Both the position numbers and the translations under genes were made by a program. This document shows, in pieces, positions 29,895 through 39,827 of a stretch of DNA of 49,732 nt (position 1 is its first letter; each line of letters opens with the position of its first letter). Below the pieces are notes generated by a model. The model searched no databases. It had not been told where the DNA came from and worked only from the letters and a program-made list of their open reading frames with translations. The DNA comes from Thermoplasmatales archaeon (GTDB lineage: Archaea; Thermoplasmatota; Thermoplasmata; Thermoplasmatales; Thermoplasmataceae), in assembly GCA_027343465.1 (NCBI GenBank), contig DAHWLW010000082.1:1-49732 (forward strand). The letters run 5' to 3'.

Positions 29895-30512
29895 ATGGAC
29901 ATACAGGATAAATTCCTTAGTTACCTTAAAACAGAAAAGAAAGGATTTGAAGATGCAGCCTCCGAAGCAGAGCCAATAAATGCCGAAGTGAGCAGAAGAA
30001 TTGGATCCAGAGATTACTGGCAGGTATCACCGAGGGAACTTGGATACATATATGCTTCTGTCAAACTTTTTGGTGGAAGAATCATAGCAGAAACGGGAGT
30101 GGGCCCGGGAACTACTTCATATGCCATACTTAAGGCTTCAGAAGGTTTCAATGGGCACCTTTACAGCTTTGACCTTGGAATGCCATTCGGGAAGGAAAAG
30201 GACATGCCTGTTGGTTTCATGATACCTGATGCCCTCAGGGAAAGATTTACCCTTATAATTGGGGACACAAAAAAGACACTTGAGAAGAATCTCATATATT
30301 TCGGGCCATTTGATGTGTTCTTTCATGATTCAGAGCACACATATGAGCATGTTAAATTTGAACTGGAAACTGCATTGAAAAACCTGAGAAGCAAGTTCCT
30401 TATCATAGTGGACAATTATGACTGGACCAACGCACCTGATGAATTTGCAAAATCACACGGTTTTAATCTATTCCACCCGTTTGATGATCTCTGTTTCATA
30501 TTCCCGGACTGA
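29895..30512 (+). CDS. Class I SAM-dependent methyltransferase (Methyltransf_24-like)
   Basis: ETGVGPGTTS, LYSFD, FDVFFHDSEHTYE. Confidence 0.85.
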   Translation: MDIQDKFLSYLKTEKKGFEDAASEAEPINAEVSRRIGSRDYWQVSPRELGYIYASVKLFGGRIIAETGVGPGTTSYAILKASEGFNGHLYSFDLGMPFGKEKDMPVGFMIPDALRERFTLIIGDTKKTLEKNLIYFGPFDVFFHDSEHTYEHVKFELETALKNLRSKFLIIVDNYDWTNAPDEFAKSHGFNLFHPFDDLCFIFPD

Positions 30513-30526
30513 TATTTTTGCGTGGC

Positions 30527-31816
30527 TCAATCATCAGCTGGTTTAGAATCCCTTATATTTCCCAAAAATTTTTCTGCGTCGTCCTGATCTATTGAATCGA
30601 ACCTTGCCTGCCTTACCATTCTGCTTCCCTTGAATGATGAGAGTACCTCATCCTCGAGAAGGTACTTCCGGTAATGGCTTATCTCGCCATTTGTCCTGAA
30701 GAACCTTGTTCTTCCGTATCTTCCAAGGCTCTTCGTAATTGACGTTAAAAGCCCATAGTCCTGCAATTCAGAAAGTATGTCACTTATACGACGTATTGAA
30801 AGGGGAGAAATGCCAAGTTCTACAGCCATATTCCTGTAATTCTCCTGTATTTCTCCGGTAGTAATCTGTCCGCTTGATGTTTCCTGTGATATTATTGTGC
30901 TTAAAAGGACCATCTTGGAATGAAGAGGAAGTGTAGTTATGGCTTCCCTGACAACATTCATGTCAAACTTGTCTCTGGCCTCGTATATTTCTCTGTCGGT
31001 AAGCTTTTCTCTCTTTTCCCTGACTGCTATTTCGATGGCAATCCTCATCAGATCAAGGGCTTTCCTGGCATCCCCGTGCTCCTGTGCTCCTATTGCGGAG
31101 CAGAGGCTGATAGCTGAGGGTTCCACGCTCTCTTCCTTAACAACCCCTTTAAGACGGTAGCTGATAATATCCCTTAACTGATCGGCATTGTAAGGGGCAA
31201 ATACAACACTTTCCTGATTAAGCCTGCTCTTAATTCTTGGTTCAAGTGTTTCTATAAAATGTGCATCATTGGTTATGCCGATAATTGACGTTATTGTCCT
31301 GGAGGAATCATCTATAATCTTCAGAATCACATAGAGAGAATCACCGCCATTCTTAAGGATCAGTTTGTCAAGTTCATCCAGTATGATTACGAGCGCCCCC
31401 ATTTCCCTGGAGAGCAACCTCATCAGTTCCAGATAGATTCTGTCTAGAGGCCATCCAAGAGATGGAATCTGCTCATCTGTGTCACCCTTAAGGGTATTGA
31501 CAACATTGACAAGTATTGAGTATGGTGAATCATATATCTGGCAGTTGCAGTATATCACCTTTGTTGAAGGGCCTGTAGCTTCTGAAAGTAATTTAGTGAC
31601 ATGATGGGCTGCAGTTGTTTTCCCTGTACCTGTTTTACCGTAAAGGATAAGATTTGAAGGCCTCTGTTTCCTCATTATACTTGCCAGAATCCGAACCATG
31701 TGCTCTATTTCCTTCTCACGGTGGGGGAGCTTTTCAGGAACAAATGAACTGCCTAGTGTGTCCAGATTCCCTGTAATAATGCCAGAATTTTCAGTAAAAT
31801 TGAAGAACGGATTCAT
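30527..31816 (-). CDS. cdc6: Cdc6/Orc1 replication initiator
   Basis: LPHRE, Walker A GKTGTGKT, Walker B IILDELD, HGDARKALD, winged-helix GRYGRT. Confidence 0.97.
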   Translation of the reverse strand: MNPFFNFTENSGIITGNLDTLGSSFVPEKLPHREKEIEHMVRILASIMRKQRPSNLILYGKTGTGKTTAAHHVTKLLSEATGPSTKVIYCNCQIYDSPYSILVNVVNTLKGDTDEQIPSLGWPLDRIYLELMRLLSREMGALVIILDELDKLILKNGGDSLYVILKIIDDSSRTITSIIGITNDAHFIETLEPRIKSRLNQESVVFAPYNADQLRDIISYRLKGVVKEESVEPSAISLCSAIGAQEHGDARKALDLMRIAIEIAVREKREKLTDREIYEARDKFDMNVVREAITTLPLHSKMVLLSTIISQETSSGQITTGEIQENYRNMAVELGISPLSIRRISDILSELQDYGLLTSITKSLGRYGRTRFFRTNGEISHYRKYLLEDEVLSSFKGSRMVRQARFDSIDQDDAEKFLGNIRDSKPADD

Positions 31817-31918
31817 TGAATCTACCAGAATTATAGCAAGTCTTCAGTTATACAAAAATCTTTTTTGATTCCGTAAGGCAAATTTTTAACAGTGGTGCAT
31901 GCAGAATCTTCCGAAGCC

Positions 31919-33202
31919 TCATTCCTTGTTAAAAAATTTCACTTTTATTCCCTTCTCCCTCATTATCCGGCCCAAAAGATACATAGAACCTGTGACCAGA
32001 ACATCTGAACCTGAGGATATGCATTCATCATATGCCGTCACCGGATCCTCGATTACACGGGCCTCGCGGAAAAGGCCTGAATACATGCTGTACATTTCTG
32101 CTGGAGGTATGGCCCTCTCTGGTTCTTCAGGCGTAGTAAAAACTACTCTGCTGCTAAGGCCGCGGAGAATCTTCAGATAACTGTCTACATCCTTGTCTGA
32201 TAGCATCCCTACAAGAAGAAGCGGTTCCCGACTGGAAATTGCCCTGTAACTTGATACCAGAGAGTGGGCGGCCGGCGGATTATGTGAGGAGTCCATTATA
32301 ACCAGCGGATCCTTGGATATGACCTGCATACGGCCTGGCCAGCAAGTGTTGGTGATACCTTTTTCTATTCTGGCTTTTGACACTGACTCCCCGGAATTCT
32401 CCAATGCCAGAACAGAGCAGATTATGTTATTCCTCTGGAAAAGGCCGGGTAGTGAAGAGGAAATCCTGTATTCTCTATTGCCTGTCTTGAGTCTGAATTT
32501 AACACCATCAACTGAAACGCTGAAATCCTCTGTGACAGCATCTTTCCAGGAGCAGTGTAACTCAGAACCTCTGGATTCTGCTATCCTTTTGACAGTTGCG
32601 TATACTTCAGGCTTGTTGTCTCCTAGGACAACAGGAATTCCTTTTTTGATTATGCCGCCTTTCTCAAAAGCTATTGAAGTCAATGAGCAGCCTAATTTCA
32701 TTGCATGCTCGTAACCCACCTGAGTTATGACACTGACCATGGGGGAAATTATATTTGTTGAATCAAGCCTTCCTCCAAGCCCTACCTCGACTGAGGCATA
32801 TTTGCAGCCAGTATCCTGAAAGTATTTGAATGCCAGAACCGTCGTAAGTTCAAAGAACGTGGGATTTCTATTCTTTTTCCTAAGAGATTCTATTTTTCCC
32901 CTGTAATCGTTAATAAATTTCTCTATGTAGTCATCCGGTATGGAGTTGCGCCCCGATACTATTCTCTCGTTAAAGTCTACAAGGTGAGGCGAAGTATAGA
33001 TCCCAGTCTTTGAAGAGTTCTGAAGGATATTATATACAAATGCTGAAGTGGAGCCTTTACCGTTAGAGCCTGCTACATGCACTGACTGGAAACTTCTATC
33101 CGGGTTACCCAGCATGCTGTTGAATTCCCTCGTTACCTCGAGGTCTAGTTTTATGCCTTCCCGCATAAGAGAATACATATAATCAATCACGGATGGCTCC
33201 AT
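31919..33202 (-). CDS. folC: Folylpolyglutamate/dihydrofolate synthase
   Basis: HVAGSNGKGS, YTSPHL, EVGLGGRLDSTN, EKGGIIK, WPGRMQ, TGSMYL. Confidence 0.95.
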   Translation of the reverse strand: MEPSVIDYMYSLMREGIKLDLEVTREFNSMLGNPDRSFQSVHVAGSNGKGSTSAFVYNILQNSSKTGIYTSPHLVDFNERIVSGRNSIPDDYIEKFINDYRGKIESLRKKNRNPTFFELTTVLAFKYFQDTGCKYASVEVGLGGRLDSTNIISPMVSVITQVGYEHAMKLGCSLTSIAFEKGGIIKKGIPVVLGDNKPEVYATVKRIAESRGSELHCSWKDAVTEDFSVSVDGVKFRLKTGNREYRISSSLPGLFQRNNIICSVLALENSGESVSKARIEKGITNTCWPGRMQVISKDPLVIMDSSHNPPAAHSLVSSYRAISSREPLLLVGMLSDKDVDSYLKILRGLSSRVVFTTPEEPERAIPPAEMYSMYSGLFREARVIEDPVTAYDECISSGSDVLVTGSMYLLGRIMREKGIKVKFFNKE

Positions 33203-33337
33203 AAAGATCACAATTGACAGAAGCGGTTTCTGCCGTACGAATCACAGAGCCCAATATTAGGATTTGCCTGTTCTCTAAAGTGGAGATATTCTCATCTTTA
33301 TCTCCCTCAAAACTTTATATTACTCTACATTCATGTA

Positions 33338-34054
33338 ATGATGGAGACAGAATTTCTATTCCTGAAAGATCAGTATGCCAGAGAAGCAGACAGCAAAGTT
33401 GTATGGCATGAGTTTACTGATCTTGTTCTGGACAGATCAGTATTCTTTCCTACGGGTCATGGGCAGCCCAATGACAGGGGGAAGGTCGTTATAGATGGCA
33501 GGGAGTACATCATTGTTGACACCTGGCTTGACGGAGAAAGCATACACCTTATGTCCCATGATACTTTCCCTGATGATGTAAACGGAAAGATTGCACACCA
33601 GGTTCTTGACTGGGACGTCAGATACATGCACATGAGGTTCAGGACAGCCCTGAAGATACTCATGGGCCTTTCTTACAAGCTATTCAAGGCAACGGTGAGA
33701 ATTAACCAGACGTATGATGATTCAGCTTGGATGGATCTTGAACTGGATAACATAACGGAGGACATGGTTTCTGAGTTGTTCAGCAAGGCAAATGATATAG
33801 TATCTGCCAATCAAAGTGTAACTTTCTCGGAAATGCCAAGAGAACAGTTCATGAAAGAGGAAGAGATGCTTGCAATATGTAAGTCTGTTGTCCCCGATTA
33901 TGAAAGAATCAGGATCATGCATCTGGAAGGGATACCGGACCAGATGGAGTTTGGCACGGATGTGCTGAAGACATCAGAGGTTGGAAAGATAAACTATAAG
34001 ACTAACCTGGTTAAGGGCAAAATATCGAGAAGAATAAACATAACACTTGAATAA
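33338..34054 (+). CDS. AlaX-M-like alanyl-tRNA editing homologue with a degenerate Zn site
   Basis: LFLKDQY, LDRSVFFPTGHGQPNDRG, LDWDVRYMHMR; Zn ligands replaced. Confidence 0.85.
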   Translation: MMETEFLFLKDQYAREADSKVVWHEFTDLVLDRSVFFPTGHGQPNDRGKVVIDGREYIIVDTWLDGESIHLMSHDTFPDDVNGKIAHQVLDWDVRYMHMRFRTALKILMGLSYKLFKATVRINQTYDDSAWMDLELDNITEDMVSELFSKANDIVSANQSVTFSEMPREQFMKEEEMLAICKSVVPDYERIRIMHLEGIPDQMEFGTDVLKTSEVGKINYKTNLVKGKISRRINITLE

Positions 34055-34074
34055 GAAATAATCATCTCTCATAA

Positions 34075-35163
34075 ATGGACGGGAAGGCTGGAACATTTGA
34101 AAAGGTCCTATCATTCCTCTCTCTTATTCTGGTTGTAGCTGTTATTCTTACTGTTCTATATGCAGCATTTGATTCGGTTCCAAATCTTTCTGCCATAGAA
34201 TCTCTGAACACTGCTGACTTTCTCTTTTTAACCATACCTCTTACTCCTTCTTTCATTTACCTGGTTCTTGCTCTTGTTATTATAATTCCAGCAGCCGCCG
34301 TCCTAACATTCTTCACAAGAGACAGAATTGGTGTTGGAAAAGATGGGAACACCTCATGGGAGTTTGGGAAATATTTCACCATATTCATTCTCATTGAACT
34401 TATTTTCTCGGAGGTAGAAAGTTTTCTTGATCCTGCAATCTCTACTTCTTTCCCATACAACATACCTATTCCAGGAGAGAATTTCATCCTGGCTTCGTCA
34501 CTTCTGTCTGAGACTTTGGTGCAGGTGGCTTTTCTCGGTATCGCACTTATAGTTTTCTATGGATTTTCAAGACGCAAAAACGATAAGGGCTTTTTTTCTA
34601 TGCCTGTCCCAACAAGAACTGCATCACTCATAGCGATGCTTTCGGCCATACCTGTAGCGATCATCTTCGGCGGAGGAGTCATTTCAACACTCTTCACCTT
34701 TGTAGTATTCGCATTTTTGAATCTAGCGTTCATAAGAATTGGTTTTCTTAAGGGCTTTACACTGAATTTTGCTGTCACCATGAGCAATGTGCTGATCTCT
34801 CTTGTTGGAGCCACATCCTTATATTCTACAGCATTCACTTTCATCCTTCTCTTTTTTGCGTTCCTGGGTATGGCATCCATTTTCACATTCTCTCAGAAAC
34901 GTACAGGAATGAGGGCCCCAAGCAGTGCCGGTAATGAACCATCTGTTGATGATCTGCATGATTTTAAGCCAGAAAAGCCTGACCCAGTTATTAATTTCAA
35001 GAACCTGTTCATAAGGTCAACATGCCCATCTTGTGGGAATTACACATTTGAGGTACTCGGGAATATGGATCTGAAATGCCTGAAATGTGGCCATGAAATA
35101 GAGCGTGACGCTGTGGCAGAACCAAACATTGCACTGAGAGGCCTACGAGGCTCCAGCTACTGA
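34075..35163 (+). CDS. Polytopic membrane protein with a C-terminal zinc ribbon
   Basis: About 8 hydrophobic segments followed by CPSCG..CLKCG. Confidence 0.8.
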   Translation: MDGKAGTFEKVLSFLSLILVVAVILTVLYAAFDSVPNLSAIESLNTADFLFLTIPLTPSFIYLVLALVIIIPAAAVLTFFTRDRIGVGKDGNTSWEFGKYFTIFILIELIFSEVESFLDPAISTSFPYNIPIPGENFILASSLLSETLVQVAFLGIALIVFYGFSRRKNDKGFFSMPVPTRTASLIAMLSAIPVAIIFGGGVISTLFTFVVFAFLNLAFIRIGFLKGFTLNFAVTMSNVLISLVGATSLYSTAFTFILLFFAFLGMASIFTFSQKRTGMRAPSSAGNEPSVDDLHDFKPEKPDPVINFKNLFIRSTCPSCGNYTFEVLGNMDLKCLKCGHEIERDAVAEPNIALRGLRGSSY

Positions 35164-36243
35164 CAATCCCTTCCCATATGAAGTAGCCATTATAACTGCA
35201 TATGCAACAGTTGGAATGAGGATAAGCGACATAACTGTTCTCCCAATAAACTGAAAGGCTGAATCAAGTCCAAAGGAGCCAATGATGAAACCAATCCCAA
35301 AGAAAGTCTCGTAGAAAAAGACACCTTTTCTGGGAGGATACATCCCTATGAGATGTGAAAGTATCTTTGACATGGCAAGAGAAACTCCAAGGCCTCCCAG
35401 TATAACAACAGATATTATCACATAGATCTGAAAGAAGAATCCCAGCAGTCCAACCGGTGCTATCAGAACAGCCGATAATATTGCATAAGACCTCAGCCCT
35501 ATATCAGGAATGTAGTTAAGCGCAATATATGAAGCGGCTGAAGATATGCCATATATTCCAATAACTATTCCTATTATGCCATAGGAATAACCTGACGACT
35601 TCATGGTAGGTTCCAGTATAAAGTAAAGGAACCCTGAAAAAAGGCCAGCAAAAAGAAGTGCCAGACTGAATCGGACTTCCACCCTGTCCTTTCTTACAAT
35701 TCTCTTTCTTGCTCCAACCCTCGGTGTAAAGAAAAGGGCTGCTACAAATGCTGCAAATGCGAAAAGAAACAGCACATAGATTTGGCTGAACTGCAGGATA
35801 AACCCCATAAGGATTGGAATGACGGCATTTGGAATCCCCCAGCCGACAGAATATTTTTCTGCGTTGCTGGAACTTTCAAGGGAATTAAGATTGATCTCTG
35901 TGGAGATCCACCAGGGTGCCTGCAAAATAGTTGCGAGTATTGCAATTATAAGGACCTCTTCTGAATAGAAAAATACAAGGATAACTGATACCATGGACAG
36001 AAAAAATAGAGGAAACAATATTCCGTATAGAATCATCCTTCTACCAGAATAAAGGTACAGTGCAGCCATTATTGGGAAAGGTGCTGCACCTGCCAGACCC
36101 AGAATCCCTATGATTTCATAACTGTATCCCTGGCTCAATAGAATAAGAGGGAAGGCAAAGGAAAGCGTGAACCATCCTGAGGAAAAGAAAAAGCTGTTGA
36201 GAAACAACCTTCTGGAATCAACACTTGCAGAGCCCTCCTCCAT
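35143..36243 (-). CDS. MFS-like transporter
   Basis: About 12 TM segments in two halves; YETFFGIGFIIGS. Confidence 0.8.
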   Translation of the reverse strand: MEEGSASVDSRRLFLNSFFFSSGWFTLSFAFPLILLSQGYSYEIIGILGLAGAAPFPIMAALYLYSGRRMILYGILFPLFFLSMVSVILVFFYSEEVLIIAILATILQAPWWISTEINLNSLESSSNAEKYSVGWGIPNAVIPILMGFILQFSQIYVLFLFAFAAFVAALFFTPRVGARKRIVRKDRVEVRFSLALLFAGLFSGFLYFILEPTMKSSGYSYGIIGIVIGIYGISSAASYIALNYIPDIGLRSYAILSAVLIAPVGLLGFFFQIYVIISVVILGGLGVSLAMSKILSHLIGMYPPRKGVFFYETFFGIGFIIGSFGLDSAFQFIGRTVMSLILIPTVAYAVIMATSYGKGLSVAGAS

Positions 36244-36324
36244 GAAAAGGCATGCTGCGGATGGTAAAAAATATCACTGAAAGAACCGGTTAACTTAGGC
36301 TTTTATTAAACCAGAACCCCAGAT

Positions 36325-36486
36325 TCACTGCAGTTTATCTATTTTAACCCCTTCATCCTCATAGAACGCCACAATATCTTCAGGGCCAAGATTCAGTTTC
36401 TTGACCACCCTTTGAGGAATGGTTATCCTGTATGAGGTCCCTCTGGAAGTTATATGGGCCACATCAATTAATGTCCGTCTGGTCAT
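36325..36486 (-). CDS. AbrB/SpoVT/MazE-like DNA-binding protein, 53 aa (not in the ORF track)
   Basis: MTRRTLIDVAHITSRGTSYRITIPQRVVKKLNLGPEDIVAFYEDEGVKIDKLQ*; GAGG ribosome-binding site upstream. Confidence 0.88.
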   Translation of the reverse strand: MTRRTLIDVAHITSRGTSYRITIPQRVVKKLNLGPEDIVAFYEDEGVKIDKLQ

Positions 36487-36669
36487 TCTTCCTCAATGTT
36501 TTACTTTTATATATATGTTATTAATTGTAAATAATACAATATTGCTAAAAGTGGGTATTACCCGGTATTAGAAATATCCTATCGTTCAAATGGAGGCAAG
36601 TTTTATTCGACGTTTAGACATTGAATCGCTTAATATTTATAGGTACTCAGAATCACCTGAGAGATTCAG

Positions 36670-37200
36670 ATGGTAACCAAACCTGCTAGAATGTACACCA
36701 AAATTTCCGGACCGGCATATACGAGAAGAGAGTTCATGGGAGGTGTACCTTATCCAAAGATCACGACCTTTGTTCAGGGAAGTCAGAACAGGGAATTTGA
36801 GCTTGAATTCAGGCTAATTGCAGAGGAGAGCTGCCAGATCAGGCATGTTGCTCTTGAAGCCGCAAGGATATCGGTTAACAGGAAAATGCTGGAAGGAGCT
36901 TCTGCTGATGCATATTATCTCCAGATAAGGCCATATCCTCATCAGGTGATAAGGGAGCATAAGATGGCCACAGGGGCTGGAGCAGACAGAATTTCAAGTG
37001 GAATGAGAAATGCTTTCGGAAAGCCTGTTGGAACTGCTGCCAGGGTTAAGTCCGGTGACATAATAATGGTTGCACGCACAACATCCGACAAGGCAAAAAA
37101 ATTGAGGGATGCCCTTCACAAGGCTTCAATCAAGCTCCCTACACCATGTAAAATAGAAATAACAAAAGGAAAGGAACTGGCAGGAAAACTGGGGCTTTGA
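36670..37200 (+). CDS. rpl10e: 50S ribosomal protein uL16 (L10e)
   Basis: YTRREFMGGVP, ALEAARI, ATGAGADRISSGMRNAFGKPVGTAARV. Confidence 0.98.
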   Translation: MVTKPARMYTKISGPAYTRREFMGGVPYPKITTFVQGSQNREFELEFRLIAEESCQIRHVALEAARISVNRKMLEGASADAYYLQIRPYPHQVIREHKMATGAGADRISSGMRNAFGKPVGTAARVKSGDIIMVARTTSDKAKKLRDALHKASIKLPTPCKIEITKGKELAGKLGL

Positions 37201-37206
37201 AATATT

Positions 37207-38112
37207 CTAGAATTTTCTTTTTCCTTCCCTGCTGCCAATAAAATCCTGAATAAATTTTGCAGCCAGCATCGATGTGTTTCCGTTATCATAGACAGGAGTG
37301 ATCTCCACAATATCGAACCCGGATATCAGGGGGGACAACTCGTTGATCATATATCTTACATCAGAGTCTCTTAACCCGAAGGGTTCCGGTGTTCCAACTC
37401 CAGGAGCATATGACGGATCAATGCCATCCATGTCAATTGAGAAGTATATGCTACCCGGATTATGGTCAAGTATCTCTCTTACCACTCCAGCGATTCCAGT
37501 TTTTGAGACCTCCCTTGATGAGATGAACCTTACATCCTTCCACTGGTCACTTTCAAACTCTTCCATTGACACTGATCTTGTTCCCACAGATACGCACTTT
37601 CCTGGACCCAGTATTTCAAGTGCCCTTCTTGTCACACATGCATGGTTGTATGGATTCCCAAAATACTCCATCCTGAAATCAGAATGAGCGTCTATTACAA
37701 CAAAGAGCGAATCTTTGAAGTTTCTTACAGCACCTACTGTTATTGAATGCTCTCCGCCAAGCATTACAGGTATTTTATTATCCGAACGGATGATCCGAAC
37801 TATGTTTTCTACATCGTTCACGACCTCTTCAGCATCCTCTCCAACAGCAAGGTCTCCCAGATCTGCAATGGGGATGTCAGGATAATTCACGCCATAATTG
37901 AAATCATAAGACTCAAGATTGTCATAATGTTCTCTTATTGCTGCTGGAGCTTTTCTCGAACCCCTCCTGAAACTTGAGGTGCAGTCGAATGGTACGCCAA
38001 AAATTACGTACTTTGAATCCTCATAACCGAAAGTGGCATCTGCTACCTTCTTCAAACTGAGGAATTCACTCAGTTCTGAAGCATGATCTTCCTGACTCCC
38101 ATGGCCTCCCAA
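37207..38112 (-). CDS. speB: Agmatinase (ureohydrolase family)
   Basis: [31 protein letters not shown]; GAGGTG lies 5 nt before TTG 38112. Confidence 0.93.
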   Translation of the reverse strand: MGGHGSQEDHASELSEFLSLKKVADATFGYEDSKYVIFGVPFDCTSSFRRGSRKAPAAIREHYDNLESYDFNYGVNYPDIPIADLGDLAVGEDAEEVVNDVENIVRIIRSDNKIPVMLGGEHSITVGAVRNFKDSLFVVIDAHSDFRMEYFGNPYNHACVTRRALEILGPGKCVSVGTRSVSMEEFESDQWKDVRFISSREVSKTGIAGVVREILDHNPGSIYFSIDMDGIDPSYAPGVGTPEPFGLRDSDVRYMINELSPLISGFDIVEITPVYDNGNTSMLAAKFIQDFIGSREGKRKF

Positions 38113-38459
38113 TAGGACACCTCTGTTCCAGCCTGGATTTTTCCAAGATCCTCTTCCGTCACCTGGACCAGGAATGTTTCGAATGTCTCAGAATCCATCA
38201 GCTGTACTTCGTTGTTTGATATGGAGAGAACCTGAGCATTCTTCTTCTCTATTATTGGAACCTTAACCTTGTGCTTTACTGGAAATACCGCACTTCTTTT
38301 TGCGTTGTCGAAAACCCCAATAGCAACAATTCGGGCTTTGGCCTCACCATGTTTCCCTGGTTTGGACATTGTAATTTCCATAATCTTGCATGGAGCATCG
38401 TCCAAAAGCATGTATCTTCCTACTTTAAGTTCCCTAACTTCGGCTTCCTGCCAACTCAT
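38070..38459 (-). CDS. eif5a: Translation factor aIF5A
   Basis: Hypusine loop [10 protein letters not shown]. Confidence 0.98.
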   Translation of the reverse strand: MSWQEAEVRELKVGRYMLLDDAPCKIMEITMSKPGKHGEAKARIVAIGVFDNAKRSAVFPVKHKVKVPIIEKKNAQVLSISNNEVQLMDSETFETFLVQVTEEDLGKIQAGTEVSYWEAMGVRKIMLQN

Positions 38460-38546
38460 GATATTCCTCTCCGCATTACTCTGGGCTTTAAATATTTTCT
38501 ATACTAATTTTAGAATAGAATTGCCTTATTATCCCTCTGTTAAAGC

Positions 38547-39812
38547 TCAGACCAGTTCTTCCCTTTTCCAATCCTTGTAAGGCATTGCCAGCAGTATCCC
38601 AGATCTCTTTCTGAAATCGCCATTAACCATAACATCGGATAGACAAGAGGAATCTGCGGAATACACCACATTCGATATGGCGTTCTCTTCGTTGGTGGGA
38701 AAGAGCCGCGGGTTAGCTGTGTCTAGAGTTATGATGTCTGCTTTCTTTCCGGGCTCTATGGAACCTATATCTGATGCACCCAGTGACTTGGAAGCGACAA
38801 CCGTAGCCATATCCAGTATATCATTAGCCTTTATAACTGACGGATCCCACCGTTGGTTCTTGACCATCAGCGCACCAAATTTCATGGACTGCATGACATC
38901 CAGTGAATTATTGCTGCCTGAACTGTCTGAACCGATACTCACTTTGATCCCTTTCTGCATCATCTCAATCACCGGGGCGATACCACCAACCCCAAGTTTG
39001 CTGTTGCTGACTGGGTTCCATGACACTTTCACTTCATCCTTTGCCAAGTATGATATCTCACTTGAATTTGCCCAGACACAATGGGCTGCTACCACAGAAC
39101 TGCCCAGGAAACCTATTCGGTGAAGATGTTCAATTGGCCTCTCTCCACCATGGTCTCTGGCAAAATTATAGACCTCCTCCCTCGTCTCAGACAGGTGGAG
39201 GTGGACAATAGTCCCATATCTTGCTGAAACCTCCTTTGCTTTCATAAATATGTCATCTTCAGCCACATATACTCCCTGAACCCCTATAGAAGGCCTTACC
39301 AGATCTGAGCGAACATGTTTTTTGATAAAATTCTCGGCATTTGAAATGGTATCGCCTTTCTGGGTTGTCTTATCCTGGTCCAGTGTGTTCCATGAAAGAA
39401 ACCCTCTTATGCCCGTGCCCATGCAAGCCTTTGCAATTACATCCTCGCTGTAATACAGATCGAGAAATGAAGTCACTCCGGAATTAAGCATTTCCATAGA
39501 CCCAAGAACTGCTGATCTGTATAGTCCTTCCTCTGATCTCTGTCCATCCAGAACAAATGTCTTTTCAAGAAATGATGAAAGTGGAATGTCATCCAGTTGG
39601 CCCTTTAGATGGGCCATTGCCACATGTGTATGTGTGTTGATCAAACCAGGCATGACAATTTTGTGTGTACAGTCTATAATTTCATCTGCTTCTCTGGTCT
39701 CCTTTCCAGCGTACTCTATAATCCCGTTGTTTACAAGCACATTGCCTCTGAAAACTTCTCTTTTACTGTTCTGTGATATTACTATGCCATTTTTGAAAAG
39801 AAATGAGGTCAT
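38547..39812 (-). CDS. Metal-dependent amidohydrolase (MTA/SAH deaminase-like)
   Basis: PGLINTHTH, HLHLSET, AAHCV, GSD, GSIEPGKKAD. Confidence 0.9.
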   Translation of the reverse strand: MTSFLFKNGIVISQNSKREVFRGNVLVNNGIIEYAGKETREADEIIDCTHKIVMPGLINTHTHVAMAHLKGQLDDIPLSSFLEKTFVLDGQRSEEGLYRSAVLGSMEMLNSGVTSFLDLYYSEDVIAKACMGTGIRGFLSWNTLDQDKTTQKGDTISNAENFIKKHVRSDLVRPSIGVQGVYVAEDDIFMKAKEVSARYGTIVHLHLSETREEVYNFARDHGGERPIEHLHRIGFLGSSVVAAHCVWANSSEISYLAKDEVKVSWNPVSNSKLGVGGIAPVIEMMQKGIKVSIGSDSSGSNNSLDVMQSMKFGALMVKNQRWDPSVIKANDILDMATVVASKSLGASDIGSIEPGKKADIITLDTANPRLFPTNEENAISNVVYSADSSCLSDVMVNGDFRKRSGILLAMPYKDWKREELV

Positions 39813-39827
39813 TCTCCCTAATATTGA

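Noticed and set aside
31817-31918. Replication origin next to cdc6
   Set aside because: The gap is only about 100 nt and I see no repeated ORB-like (TCCAxTGGAAA..GGGG) elements; the downstream gap is 14 nt
13733-35163. Several convergent gene pairs overlapping at their stops (13733-13752, 17000-17003, 25747-25750, 29256-29259, 35143-35163)
   Set aside because: Real, but typical of compact archaeal genomes and not evidence of a special system
36244-36486. Toxin-antitoxin module around the AbrB-like gene
   Set aside because: No VapC/MazF-like ORF is adjacent; the downstream gene is an MFS-like transporter
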